DNA of 64,000 bases from Chiloscyllium plagiosum (lineage: Eukaryota). The stretch covers positions 17,207,658 to 17,271,657 of the forward strand of contig NC_057749.1 of the NCBI RefSeq assembly GCF_004010195.1, given 5' to 3'. The position numbers and the translations under genes were made by a program. The notes below the pieces were generated by a model that saw nothing but the letters and a program-made list of their open reading frames with translations, was not told the DNA's origin and ran no database searches. Positions 39,667 through 52,779 of the stretch are shown piece by piece (position 1 is the stretch's first letter; the number at the start of each line of letters is the position of its first letter).

Positions 39667-40529
39667 TTCATTTTTATAAAACACCACATTTTAAACTTTT
39701 CTAATTATTTGGCCTACTGTGTTGAGATCAAAATTCAGTGTGGTTTCCTCATTAATTCTTCTGCAGACCCTCGATACTCATCAGGTTTTTACATTTTATT
39801 TTCCTTTCCTAATGTAAACCACAGATTTTAAAACCCTAAAGCTTTGTGTTATTTAAGTATTAATTCTAGATTTTGGCTTCTTTCTTATTCTTCGTAATCT
39901 TTGTGATTAGTTTTGTAACAGTGTGCTCTTCCAATCACCAAAGTTTCGCACAAATCTTAGTACTGAATTTATATCCGACATATATTTCAATTTATCATTC
40001 ACCTATTGCAATTTAGTATCTACTGTAGTTTTGTTTCCCAAAATGAAAAAGCACATTTAGGAGCCAGAGTGCTGAACTAGTATTTCTGAAATTAATTTTC
40101 TGAATTTGCTAAGTACTGGAAATGTTGATGAACTTGGACAACAGAAGTAAATGCAGTTAATTCTGTAAACTGTACTCCATTTCCAATAGTTGCATTGCAG
40201 TAGTATAGATTAAATCAGATGCTTAGTAGTATAGATTAAAGTAGAACTTTTAGTGGAATGTTAAATCACCAGTCGGATGTGATTTGTGTACTTGAATTTG
40301 TTGCAATTAAAAGTGTTTTAGAAATGGTAACAAGTATTAGGATTCAAGCAATGTGTGATTGTTTTGTAAATTTGCCAATGAACATGCATTACATCTCACT
40401 GGGATAGGAAATTGAGCTCCTATATTCCTGGACATTTAAAAAAAAATTAAAGAATGCAAAGTTCTCAATTGATCAGTCTGATAGACTCAGCTTAACAGAA
40501 AACGCGGACCAGATTTATATACTTAACAA

Positions 40530-40693
40530 AGGTAAAAATCACACAACGCCAGGTTATAGTCCAACAGGTTTAATTGGAAGCACTAGCAGTGCTCCAAAAG
40601 CTAGTGCTTCCAGTTAAACCTGTTGAACTATAACATGGTATTGTGTGATTTTTAACTTTGTACACCTCAGTCCAACACCGGCATCTCCAAATC
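40530..40693 (+). mobile_element. Fold-back mini-PLE of the 24580-28467 family, 13-bp TSD
   Basis: Arms 40533-40587 / 40600-40654; TSD atatacttaacaa at 40517-40529 and 40694-40706. Confidence 0.9.
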
Positions 40694-42684
40694 ATATACT
40701 TAACAAGTTCTCCGGAACTGGTGAAGGGTTTCTTTTAGTTTCTTGAGTCCTTCAGTTGGCTGATCTTTTCCTTCAGAATCTTTCATTTGCCCACAGGTGC
40801 ACAGAGCGAACAGGTTCACAAAATGTGTTTGTAATGTATTAGTTAAACAACAGGCTATGGTGATTGTTGGGAGAAAATAACTGGGTTTCTTTCGCTTCAG
40901 GTGTTTAACGTGGGGGTGGGAGGGGGAGGAGAGAGAGAGAGATCAGTGCCTCTCTTTCCAGAGGCTTGAAGGCTTCTCATTGCATCATTTACATCCACAA
41001 GCTTTTCAAACCAAATGGAGAGTTGTTGTCAGTCTTATGACTGTTGGTTTCCACAGCTGGTCATAATTGTTCAAACCAATCAGCAACTTGTTACCAGGTG
41101 AATCTCTCTTTTTATACGCACCAAGGAACCAGGCCATTCCTCTTATACCTTTTCCCACTACTTATAAGGCAGCAGTTTAAACACAACTTATCGATTTTCA
41201 ACAACTTTTTAAAAGTTTAGCAATTTTTTCCTCAGCCCTTTGTTGTAAAACAGTCCTCTTCCTGACTGGATCACAATGAAAATTAAAATAAACTAAAATG
41301 TTGAGGTCTTTATATACGTACGGGCCTTTCATTGAATTTCTTTTTGTTTGATCACTCCCTAAGTGGTTAGACTTATGTTTATTTTAGGGGCAGGTGGAGC
41401 ATTGGGTCATAAAGCAGGAAACATACCCTTCAGTCCAACTCGTCCACACCGACTGGACATCCCAATCTGACCTAATCCCATTTGCCAGCATTTGACCAAT
41501 ATCCCTCTAAATCATTTCTGTTCACATACCCAGCCAGATGTCTGTTAAATGTTGTAATTGTACCTGCCCCCACCACATCCTACGTGAAAAAGTTACTCAT
41601 CTCTTCATCAAAAAGAGTTTTTGGAACAAAGTGAAGAGTAACAAAGATATTTCTGTCACTGGAGGCTCTCAAAAATGAACCCATGAACTTCAAAGGGGTT
41701 CTGATCAAAGTTCATTAGTAAGTTTAAAAAAAGAATAATGTACATAAAAGTTGATTAATTAATGCTTCTATCCTGAGATTAAAAGGAATTTATTTCCTCC
41801 AAGGAATAGTTATTTTTGACAGACTCTAAAGCTGTTCATACTTTATAATTTGTTGCCTTTAAAAAGAACCTAGTGATCAAATGGGAATAAAGTTATTTTT
41901 TATGTTATTAAATGCACATAGGATATACTTTGGAGGGGAAGTGGAGAGAAGCTTGCAAACATTTTCTCTGGAGAATATGCAGCTGGAGGGTGTTGAGACA
42001 GAATTGGATGTTGTCTAGGCACCCCAAATTAATTCTTCTCATTCTGTTCTTTCTCATGTTTTGAGGTACATGTCAGTTCACTGTTTGAAATTAATATGTT
42101 TTGTTTGTTGAACTTAGTTTTGATATTTTGTGTTTACTCAACAGCTCAGTTACATAGGCATTGCGTAATGAAGCTACGCAGACCACTGAGGTCCACCCTG
42201 TTTTGAACCCTAATTTGTGCTTTGTTAATTGATTTCAATTATTGTGTGATGAGGCCATTCAGTTCCTTGAAACTGTCCTGCCACTATATAAAATCATCAT
42301 CCAACTTCATTTATCCAACATTACTGTATATTCTTGCTGTCCTAGCCTAACAAAATCTATCAATCCTAGCCTTAAATATTTCGAGCAACTTAGCATTCAC
42401 TATTTTTGGGGAGAAAGTAATAAATTTTCAGTACCCACTATGTGAGAAATGATTCATCCTTTCATTTCTACCTAACATGTAATTTTAATGTTGTACCTTT
42501 TTGGATTTAGATTCTCCCTTCATGGAAAATAGGTTCTTGAAATCTATTGTATTATGTCAGTTTAAACACTTACATTTAAATCAATTCTTGATTTGTATTT
42601 ACGTGTTTACAAGTCCATGTTTATACGTATACCATTAACTTAGCTCCCATTTGTACGGATCTGCTCTATCCAATCCAATTTATT

Positions 42685-43420
42685 TTTGTTCATTCATGTG
42701 GGCATTTACTGCTCATTCCTGGTTGCCCTTGAAAAGGTGGTGATGTGGTGCTGCTTTGAATCACTGCAATCCATTTGATGGTGAGTGGCTTTCATGGGAA
42801 CTTGTCGGCAGTGGTGGACTTGGGTTTGGAAGATACTATCCTAGAAGTTTTGGTGAATTGCTGCAGTGTCTTGTGTAGATGATACATACTGCTGCTACTA
42901 AACGCCAGTAGTGGAGGGACTGAATATTTGTAGATGTGCCAATCAAGCAGGTGACTTTGTCAAGCTTCTGATGTCAAGCTTATTGAATGTTGGAGCTGCA
43001 CCCATCTAGGCAAATGGGGTGGATTTCATCACAGTCCTGACTTGTGCCATACAGATTGTGGAGAGGCTTTGGAAGTTGGGAGGTGCAACAGTTGTTGCAG
43101 GATTCCTAGCTACTGACCTGTTCTTGTAACTTTGTTTTGTGGCCAATGGTAACTTCCCGAATGTTGATAGTGAGGGAATTCAGTAATGGTGATACCATTG
43201 AATATCAAAGGACAATGGTTAGGTTCAGTCTTGTTGGAGATGGTCATAGCCTGGCATTTGTATGGCATGAATGTTATTTGCCATTGATCAACCCAAGCAT
43301 GGATATTGTCCAGACCTCGCTACACTTCACATGGACTATTCCATGATCTGAGGAGTTATGAATGGTGCTGAGCATTGTGCAAACATCAGCGAGCTTCCCC
43401 CCCCCCTTCTGATGGAGTGA
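42685..43420 (-). mobile_element. Old CR1/L2-clade LINE fragment (family of 2290-3235)
   Basis: Reverse-complement similarity to 2380-3235. Confidence 0.7.
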
Positions 43421-44554
43421 ATAATGACCACTTTGGAATTGGAGAGCTATGTCTATATTAATGTGATTTTGAACTGTGCTTTTGACTTTGTGTTAATTAA
43501 AATATATATTTGTTTTGTAGTTCTATATCAAGGCTATTTTCTATCCAAAGTAGCTGAGTGTAGTTGAAAATTTCTTGACATCACAGGATTCTTGACATAT
43601 CTTGGTGGGAAGAGAAGAGGCTGTGCACTGGTGCACAAAGTCAGTATGATCAGGACTGCAAGGGTAATGAACATGTTCTATTGTTGGGAAAAGTGGAATT
43701 TGCACAAATATAATAATTAACATTCATTTAAATTCTATTCCTGTCTATATTGTGAAAGAAATGTTAATGGAACAGCTTGGAATGTGACCTATCACAGACG
43801 AATTACTGTTGCTTATTGTGATATGAAATCTGTTGTAAATACTGTAGCTCCCCAAAAAAAAACAACCTTCCAACATAATGGAATAGATCTCCTCTATTTT
43901 TTAGGCTGATTTGTTTTGACTGTCTGTCGCTGTGTTGTAACAGTATACATGAATATGCAAATTATCTGTTCACTTAGCTGCTTGCTTGTTTGTCGAAACT
44001 AGGTGAATTAATAGATTTAGTTTTTGCGAAAATAATATTGAATAACAGCTATCAAATACTAATTACCATAATAGTCATAGTTTTAATCATTTCTTTTCTA
44101 AATTCACTGGACCATATTGTTTTTGCCTTTTAATGGTGCCAGTGAACAATGTTGATGAATATTTTACCCAGTGAATTAATTGGCACTTCAGTCTTGCCTC
44201 TTAATACAAGTGTTCAATAATTGTTATAATCCCCATTGATTTTGATGCTCAATAAAAGTCGTCAGAATTGAGTAATGCTATTTCCTTGCCAGCATTTTAA
44301 GTAACATTGGTTTGTGAAATTTTCCACAAGTGTACAAAACACAGGGAAGGATGGTGCAACTGGGGCAAAAATTTTGATCTTATGGGAATTGGAAAAGTTC
44401 AGGTGGGACTGTCCCAATGGAACTCTGGGTGAAAGGGTTGTTCTAAATTTGATTGTCTCATGATTGAATAGCCTATTAATAAGACAGAACAAAACTGAAA
44501 AGGAAAGTTTATGACAAATTCTCAGAGCAAAATTCATTTAATAGCTACGAAGCT

Positions 44555-45005
44555 TTTTTATTCTCTCATAGGGCATAAGCATCACTGACTGAGCCAGCAT
44601 TTATTGCCCATCCTTAGTTGTCCTTAAGAATGTGGTGCTGAGCTACCTCCTTAAACCGCTGTCCTCCATTTTCTCTAGATAGACCCACAGTGCTGTCAGG
44701 GAAGGTATTTCAGGATTTTGACCCAGAGATCGTGAAGGAACAGCTAAGTATTTGAGTCAGGATGGTGAATGACTTGGAAAATTGCAAGTGCTGTCTAATG
44801 TATCTGTTACCCTTGTCCTCCTTGATAGCACTGTTTGTAAGTTTGGAGGGTGCTGTCTGAGGATCTTTGGTGATTTTCAGCAGTGCATCTTGTGACTAGT
44901 GCGCACTGCTGCTACTGAGTGTCGGTGGTGAATGGAGTGAATGTTTTTGGATATAGTGCCAATTAAGTGTGCTGGTCTGTCTGTAATGGTGTGCAACCTT
45001 TTCTG
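44555..45005 (-). mobile_element. Old CR1/L2-clade LINE 3' fragment (family of 2290-3235)
   Basis: gccagcatttattgcccatcc tail on the plus strand. Confidence 0.7.
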
Positions 45006-46101
45006 TGTAATAGAAATGTAGCGGTGGAAATGAAAAGTTAATGTGGGAGGCAAAGAATGTTGCAGAGAAAAATGTATCAGGCACCATAATTTGAAATCTG
45101 AAACATTTTATCTTCTGTAAAATGCAAGCAGTTAGTTTGGAAAAGTTAGTCCAGTTGTAATACAAAGAGAAAACATTGCAGATGCTAGAAATCTTTTTGA
45201 AAAGCTGAAAGTGCTGGAAAACTTAGCTGTTCAGAGAAAGAGTTTGTTTCAGAATCCATTTTAACGGTAACCTTTTAAACTAATTCATATGGAGACCTTC
45301 ATTATAAGTCAATGATATAGTACTTGGACTACAAGAGTATTTCAAGAGGCTGGGCTTTCTGCAGTGAGTAACTTGCCTACTAAGTTTCCCACTTCTACAA
45401 GGCACAAGACTCCTATCATAAGGGGAATTTCACTTTCTTCCTTTTAAGGAGATTGGATGTGTTTGGAAAGATGGTGTCTGTTAGTATTATTCAGGTGTGA
45501 CTATAATGCTTAGTGTTGCAGAATTCTTGCATGTACAGATATCTCCATGGTCTGTTTTTTATTTTGTAGTTGAGAAGCTAAGGCCAAGGGAAAAGTCCCA
45601 CCAGTCACTGAATCAGAAAGGCATAGAAGTGATAGGGCATTAAGACACAAGGGAGTTTGATAAGGTTGAATGGTATTATGATGAACAAAGCAGATGAGTT
45701 GAGGACACAAATTAGAACATAATGGCATTGCTGTCACTGAAGCATGGTTGAGAGAAGGCAGGATAGTCAACTTGGAATTTCAGGATATAGGGTCTTTAGG
45801 CAAGACAAGAAGTGAAAGAGGAGAGGGTTTCACGTATTGACCAGAGAATCAATTACAGCAGTAAGGAGGTATGATATCTTAAAAGGCATCTCAAATTAAT
45901 TTATATGGGTGGAACTTAAAAACCAAAAAAAAAGCAATCACATATCTAGGATCACACTATGGGCCCCCTAACAGTCAGAGAAATTGAAGAGCAGATATGT
46001 AGACAAATTTCAGAGAAGTCTAAAAGCAATAGCATAGTGATTATGGAGGCTTTCAACCTGTCCAACATTAACTGGAGTAGTCATAGTGTGAAAGGCTTAG
46101 A

Positions 46102-46414
46102 ATTAGAATTAGAATCCCATTAGTGTGGAAACAGGCCCTTTGGCCCAACCAGTCCATACTGACCCTCCGAAGAGTAACCCACCCAGATCCATTTCCCTCT
46201 GACTAATGCACCTAACCTATGGGCAATTTAGCATGGCCAATTCACCTGACCTGCACATCTTTGGACTGTGGGAGGAAGCCGGAGCACCTGGAGGAAACCC
46301 ACACAGACACGGGGAGAATGTGCAAACTTCACACAGACAGTCACCCAAGGCTGGAATCGAACCTGGGACCCTGGTGCTATGAGCCAGCAGTGCTAACCAC
46401 TGAGCCATTGTGCC
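46102..46414 (-). mobile_element. HE1-type V-SINE with 7-bp TSD
   Basis: ggcacaatggctcagtggttagcac head and ggttcgattcc B box; (attcta)n tail; TSD gcttaga at 46095-46101 and 46415-46421. Confidence 0.93.
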
Positions 46415-46901
46415 GCTTAGAGGGAGCAGGATTCTTAAAATGGATCAAGGAAAGCTTTACGAACTTTGATAGAAGACCTTGAGAGGAGGTGGTCCTGGAC
46501 TTAACTTTAGGTAATGAAGCAAGTGGTTGAACTATCAATGGGGGTAGCATTTTGCAGGTAGCAATCATAACTCCATAGATTCAAGATTGTCATTAGAAAG
46601 AACAGAATGGCCTAAAATCAAAGACGTAAACTGGGGAAAGGCAGTTTTATAAGATCAGATATGATTTGGCCAGAGTGATTAGGGGCAGTTATTTGTAAAT
46701 GAATCTGTGACAGAGCAGTGGGACGCAATCAAGAAGAAAATAGAGACAATTGGAAGCTGTTGACTTTGTACTAAGATAAAGGGTAGGACCCAACAAATCC
46801 CAGCAAATACTGGATGTCAAGGGATATGCAGGATTAGATAGAGAGAAAAGGAAAACTTTTGGCAGATACCAAGAACTGAAAACAGCAGAAGCCCTAGAGG
46901 A

Positions 46902-47190
46902 GGTTGGCATGGTGGCTCAGTGGTTAGCACTGCCTCTCAGCGATAAGATCCTGGTTTTGATTCTTGTCTTGGGTGACTATCGGTGTGGAGTTGCACATCA
47001 TACCAATGCCTGCGTGAGTTTTCTCCAGGTTCTCTGGTTTCCTTGAACAGCACAAAGATGTGCATGCTAGGTCAGTTAACCATGGGAAATGCAGGCATAG
47101 GGGAATGTGTCTGAATGGGATGCTCTTTGGAGAGTCAGTATAGACTCAATGGGCTGAATGGCCTGCTTCCATACTGTGGGGATTCGATAC
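46902..47190 (+). mobile_element. HE1-type V-SINE
   Basis: ggcatggtggctcagtggttagcac head, V-domain, flanking gaggag repeat. Confidence 0.87.
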
Positions 47191-47262
47191 GAGGAGAGTG
47201 CAAAGTTGATATGAATGGATGATGGCAGGTAAAATAAAGGAAAATCCTAATTCATTTTACAA

Positions 47263-48181
47263 GTTGTTGCGGTTCTGTTCGCCGAGCTGGAAGTTTTTGT
47301 TGCAAACGTTTCGTCCCCTGGCTAGGCGACATCATCAGTGCTTGGGAGCCTCCTGCGAAGCGCTTCTTTGATGTTTCCTCCGGTGTTTATAGTGGTCTGT
47401 CCCTGCCGCTTCCGGTTGTCAGTTTCAGCTGTCCGCTGTAGTGGTTGGTATATTGGGTCCAGGTCGATGTGTTTGTTGATGGAGTTTGTGGATGAATGCC
47501 ATGCCTCTAGGAATTCCCTGGCTGTTCTCTGTCTGGCTTGCCCTACGATAGTAGTGTTGTCCCAGTCGAATTCATGTTGCTTGTTGTCTGCGTGTGTGGC
47601 TACTAAGGATAGCTGGTCGTGTCATTTCGTGTTCCATTTATATCGTTTATTGATTTATCTCACTGGGTTTCAACCTCATTAAATGATCACCAGCTAAGTA
47701 CTTTGCCCATCATTGCTGGACTACCATCAATCCCTTTAATGAAACCTGCAAGTGTTGCCTTCCCTACAATGGTGTTGTAAAGTATCATACTTCATCATTT
47801 AACTTTTTGTTAAAGCAGATGTACAAATGTACCCTGATAACACGATGGATCCAGATTTCCTGCTGTAATTATTACTGTGGAAGGATTGAAGCAAGGCCAG
47901 GGCAAGCCAGACAGAGAACAGCCAGGGAATTAATAGAGGCATGGCATTCATCCACAAACTCCATCAACAAACACATCGACCTGGACCCAATATACCGACC
48001 ACTACAGCGGACAGCTGAAACTGACAACCGGAAGCGGCAGGGACAGACCACTATAAACACCGGAGGAAACATCAAAGAAGCGCTTCGCAGGAGGCTCCCA
48101 AGCACTGATGATGATGCCTAGCCAGGGGACGAAAACGTTTGCAACAAAAACTTCCAGCTCGGCGAACAGAACCACAACAAC
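47263..48181. mobile_element. Inverted pair of PLE 3' ends enclosing unrelated filler
   Basis: Near-identical ~282-bp arms 47263-47544 / 47899-48181 (RELIEAWHSSTNSINKHIDLDPIYRPL); filler 47632-47898. Confidence 0.92.
47302..47342 (-). ncRNA. Minimal hammerhead ribozyme
   Basis: GCA-CTGATGA-T-GTCGCC-TAGCCA-GGGGAC-GAAA-CGTT-TGC; a mutated copy lies at ~48102-48143 (+). Confidence 0.75.
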
Positions 48182-50244
48182 TTTTTAAATGTTATATCTT
48201 GGCATCACAAATGCATGAGGCTATAGGCCAAATGCTAGAAAATGGAATTAGAATAGTTAGCTGGTTGTTTTTAACCAGTGCAAACTCAATGGACTTCACG
48301 GCCTTTTTCTGTGTTTAGATCTCTGACTCTCTCAATTCTACAATGGTATGGAATAGGGGAGGTAAATTAAAGTTGTCACAATTGGGTAGCTTGTTTCCAG
48401 CCTCAAAAAAAAAACATGAAAGGACATAAATTCCACAGTTTTGGGGTCCAGGGAGCAATAGCAATCAGGTTGACAGACTTTTTGAGCATTGAATTCAACA
48501 GTGTTTGAAACGCTTAGAAAACATGAGGGAAATTCAGAGGAAATGTGACCCTAGTAATCAAGGTAAAATGGAGTCACAAAAGGGTGTGATTAAAAGGGCT
48601 TAGGCAAGTGTGAGAGCTATTACCTGTATAGATCATATTTTACTCCTGACAATGAAGCTCCTTCACCTGCTGTATACGATGGTACTATGGTTTATCATAA
48701 AGAAACCACGTGACTCTCAATCTTGAAATTGAAGAAATATAATGCTGATATTTAAAGTTGAATGCTGTCTGTAAATAGTATGAAGTGTTCATTGTGAATG
48801 AGATATTTGATTTCCCTGTTTTCTGAGGATTGTGGTGTCAAAAGGACTGCTATTACTAGTTGAGCGTGTGATGATCTGTAATCCTTGAGGAATGAGATGA
48901 TTGAAAAACACTGAGGAAATGAGTGAGGTTTAGTGTTCCACCAGAAAATACAATATATCTTGTGAATTGGTATATTTTAAATCATCCACTCCACATAATT
49001 TCCTTCATTCTTTATGTATAAAATGAGTTCCTGATAAACTTTTTCAGTAAATGTTGACTTTTAATAGAGTGATTTTGTGTGAGCAATCTTGCGCAAATGT
49101 TTTTCATGTATTCATTCTGGAACTGGCCATTGACTAGACTGCCATTTATTGTCCAAGCAAATTCTTTGACATTAGAAAGAATTACAGTTGAACTCAATCC
49201 TGCCTAACATCCACCCATCTGTTTTTCAACAGTTGTGGTTTTATAATGATGAGGTTTAGGAATTCCGCCTGATTGAAAGATAATCTTTTCTTTTGCAATT
49301 ATTAATATGCAAAAACAAATAGGCAATTTTCTGTATCACCGTGCTACCACCACCGCAATGAGCTAACTCCAAATCAAACTGGGAATCATTTCTGACACTT
49401 CCTTGAGAACTTACTAGTCTGTGTGATGGATAGAGAGTGGGAGGTGAAGGATGTCAAAATTGAATCTTTTGTACTTTTTCATGCACATTCCAGAATTTGT
49501 CAGTGTCTGAATTATATTTAAAATTTTAATGAGATCTGATCACTCCATGCCAATGCCCTTCATCCAGCAGTGCTGCCTCTGCACTACCTCGATTTGTTAT
49601 AGTTGTCTGAGGTTTCTAGATTGGTTTGCTTTCAATTCACTACTTAAACTGAATTTTTAGATGAAATTGTCTTCTAGTCAAGTATTCTTGTGAATTGCTT
49701 ATAGGTGTGACCAGGGATCTTTGTAAAATATACTGATTTTGTTTGCTAATTTCATTGACCTAGTGCCCTTTATTGCTTTTCAATTTAGGGTCAAGTCTGT
49801 AATCCTTTACTTCCTTTCTTTCATTGTTCACTATTTCATCTCCCTTTCGATCTCTCTCACGTGTGCTGTTCTGCACAGGTGCATGAACAAAAGCCACAAA
49901 AGGAAATGGCAAAGCAACTTCATATTTTCTTTTGTGTCCCTTCTTGACTTTGTATTTTGTTAAATGGGTCAGAAGTCTTGAGATCACAGTGAGCTCGTTT
50001 ACTGCCAACTAAGTACAAATGATTCATAAGAAATGAAGAACTGGTGGAATGTGACCATTAGTAAATAAAGGTGGAACCTCAGATGAAATGCTCATTGCCT
50101 TTGCAAATTACTTCTTAGAAGCACTGAGGTTCCACTTGTTGAACAAAAGGAGAGCTGCATTTAAAGCAAGTAATTTAGGATAGGTAGGGGGGCAAGTACT
50201 TCTCATCAACAATGTACAAAGTACTTTTTTGAGTGATGTGATGG

Positions 50245-50470
50245 ATGCTAGCCAGCTCAGTTTGCTGGACGGCTTGTTTCTGATGCACTGTGATACCAAC
50301 AGAATAACTTTAATTCCTGCATCTGCTGAGGTTACCATGAAGGACACTCTTTCTCTGCCTCTCCCCTCACTTGAGGCATGACAACCTTTTGGTTAAACCA
50401 GCACCAGCCATCTCTGACTAATGAGAAAGCAATCTTTTGGTCTGCTAAGACCTGGTGACTTTACCTTTTA
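50245..50470 (+). mobile_element. Degenerate tRNA-derived SINE
   Basis: agctcagtttg A-box-like head, degenerate B box, actttaccttttac tail. Confidence 0.55.
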
Positions 50471-51679
50471 CTAGTCCAACGTGAATACTGCATCTTTCCC
50501 AGGAATTTTAATTCATTGTGAAAGCTAATGGGTGCATTGCTTGTAATCTTCCAAATTCTCCAAATCCCAGCATACTGGAAAATACAGATGTCATACCTTT
50601 AATTTAAGAAAGAAGGGAGACAGAAAGCAGGAAATTGTAGGCTAGTTAGCTCAACATCCCATTGGTCCATTATGAAGGAAGTAGCAACAGGATATCGAGA
50701 AAAGTATAATACAATCCAGCAAAGTCAAAATGGTGTTATGAAAAGAGAAGCAGATTGGATCATGGGGAATAGCCTATTTGAAATTCTAAAAGCATTTAAT
50801 AAGCTGTCAGATAAAAGATTACTACACAAAATAAAAGTTCTTGGTGTTAGGTGTAATATTTACTTTGGACAGAATAATGAGTTAATCAGCTAAATGAATC
50901 ATTAGACTTGTAAACTAAAAACCTCGGCTGATGCTGTTTGGAACATAAGGTCAAATCGTGCCAAAGCAGCTGCCGGAAATTGAATTCAGTTAGCACATCT
51001 GGAATTGAAAATTTGTCTCTGTAATGGTGACCATGAAAACTAACATGAATTGATTTTTTAAAAAGAACATTTTGCCATCCTTACTTGATTTGGTCTGTGA
51101 CTCCAGACCCCCAGCAATAAGATTAACTGGTCCCTGAAGTTGCCGAACAAGCCACTTTGTTCAAGGGCACTTAAAGATAGACACAACCACATCCACATTC
51201 CATGAAAGAATGAAGAAAAAACCCTCTAAAATACAAACTCATCTAAAAACGCTTCACTCAGAATCAGTTAAGCATTGGCCAGTGAGGTAATCCAAAACAG
51301 AATCTCATGTGTTTTCAGAACTCTGAAAGAGATGGAATGGCAACACTATTTGAGGGCCTTGTAAAGAGGAAGCTAGGCACCTGACAGTAAATGTCAACAG
51401 TACGTGGGAGGGGAATGCTGTGAGCAGGATACAGGTGAATGGTTCCCCAAGGTTTGTTTCACGGGAAAACATTCCAGAGAAAAGGAAGAGAAGGTCAGGC
51501 AGGGATAGAAGGACAGAATAAGAGAATTTCAACTATAATAAGTCAACAAGAAGTAGGTTGGGTGAGTGGAGTGATACAGAATAAGCTCTGAGTAAGTGTA
51601 ATTTGGACGAGCTGGAATGAATGGATACTATTCGGATTGGAAGCCAGCAAGGACAATATTGGAGCAATAGAATTAAATG

Positions 51680-52400
51680 CCAAGAATGCTGAAGAAGTAC
51701 AGCAGGTCTGGCAGCATATGTGGAGAGAGTAACAAAGTTAACCTTTTGAGTCCACTATGACACTTATTCAGAACTGGAAGATTTTGGAAATGTTTATTTT
51801 AGTTTTTTGACAGGTGGCGGAGGCGTCAAGGGAACAGATGGTGTAGAGGCCCTGCGCAAAAGACAGTGTTGAGAAAGAAAAGGAATGTAACATGGATTTA
51901 ATTAAGGAGAGAATGGATCCCTGTACTGAGTGCAAAATAAATAAGACACAAACAAGACAAGACTATGAGGGAGAGAGGATGGAAGAATATAAGAAAAATG
52001 AACAACAGACATCATGTGGTCAGTTTAGAGGTTATGGAATTCAACATTAAGACTGATGAGTTAAAAAATATCGAGGTGAAACTGGAGTGTTGTGCTTTGT
52101 TGGAATATTGTACCACACCCAAGTTAGCATAAGAGTGAGGTTGCTTATTATACTGGCAAGGAGCCGGAAGATCAGATTCATTCCTATAGACAGAGCAGGG
52201 TGTTCCACAGAAGTGGTCACCCAATCTGCGTTTGGTCTTGCCAAAATAAAGGAAACTGTACTGTGAACAGTGAATGCAGTAGACTAGATCGAAAGAAGTA
52301 CAAGTGAAATATTGCTTCAGGTGGAAGGTATGTTTAGGGATGCTATTTGACATCTAATGGAATCGAAGGCAGCCAAGTTGCCAGGAGCTGGTTACTTGCA
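51680..52400 (-). mobile_element. Old PLE 3' fragment
   Basis: FTCTSFDLVYCIHCSQ..LYFGKTKRRLGDHF (GIY-YIG) plus a degenerate terminus. Confidence 0.8.
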
Positions 52401-52779
52401 TGCAAGGATTTTAAAGGAACAGCCTGCAGACATCTTGGAGGAATTGATTGAAATACTCCAGAATTAACTGGAATTTGAATGCAAGTATTGTGACCCCTGT
52501 TCAAAGGGAAGGAAACAAAGTAATAAACCAATGGCCATTTAGCCTAACATTTGTCTTTGGGAAAATGCTGGAGTCCATTATTGATGAAGAAATAACAGGA
52601 CATTTAGGTAAGTTTGATGCAGTCTGGGTCAGTATGATTTTGTGGAAGAGAAATTGTTTGATAAATTTGCTACAGTTCTTTGAGGATATAATAAGCAAGG
52701 TTTATAAGGGAGATCCAGCAGAGATAATGTATTCTGATTACAAAGGCACTCGATAAGGTGCCACATAAAATTTCCTGCA

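Larger units (their letters stand above)
45570..47262 (+). mobile_element. Degenerate CR1 endonuclease region with two nested SINEs
   Basis: APE-like motifs (IAVTEAW, YGPPNS, MEAFN..NINW) through KIKENPNSFY. Confidence 0.8.
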
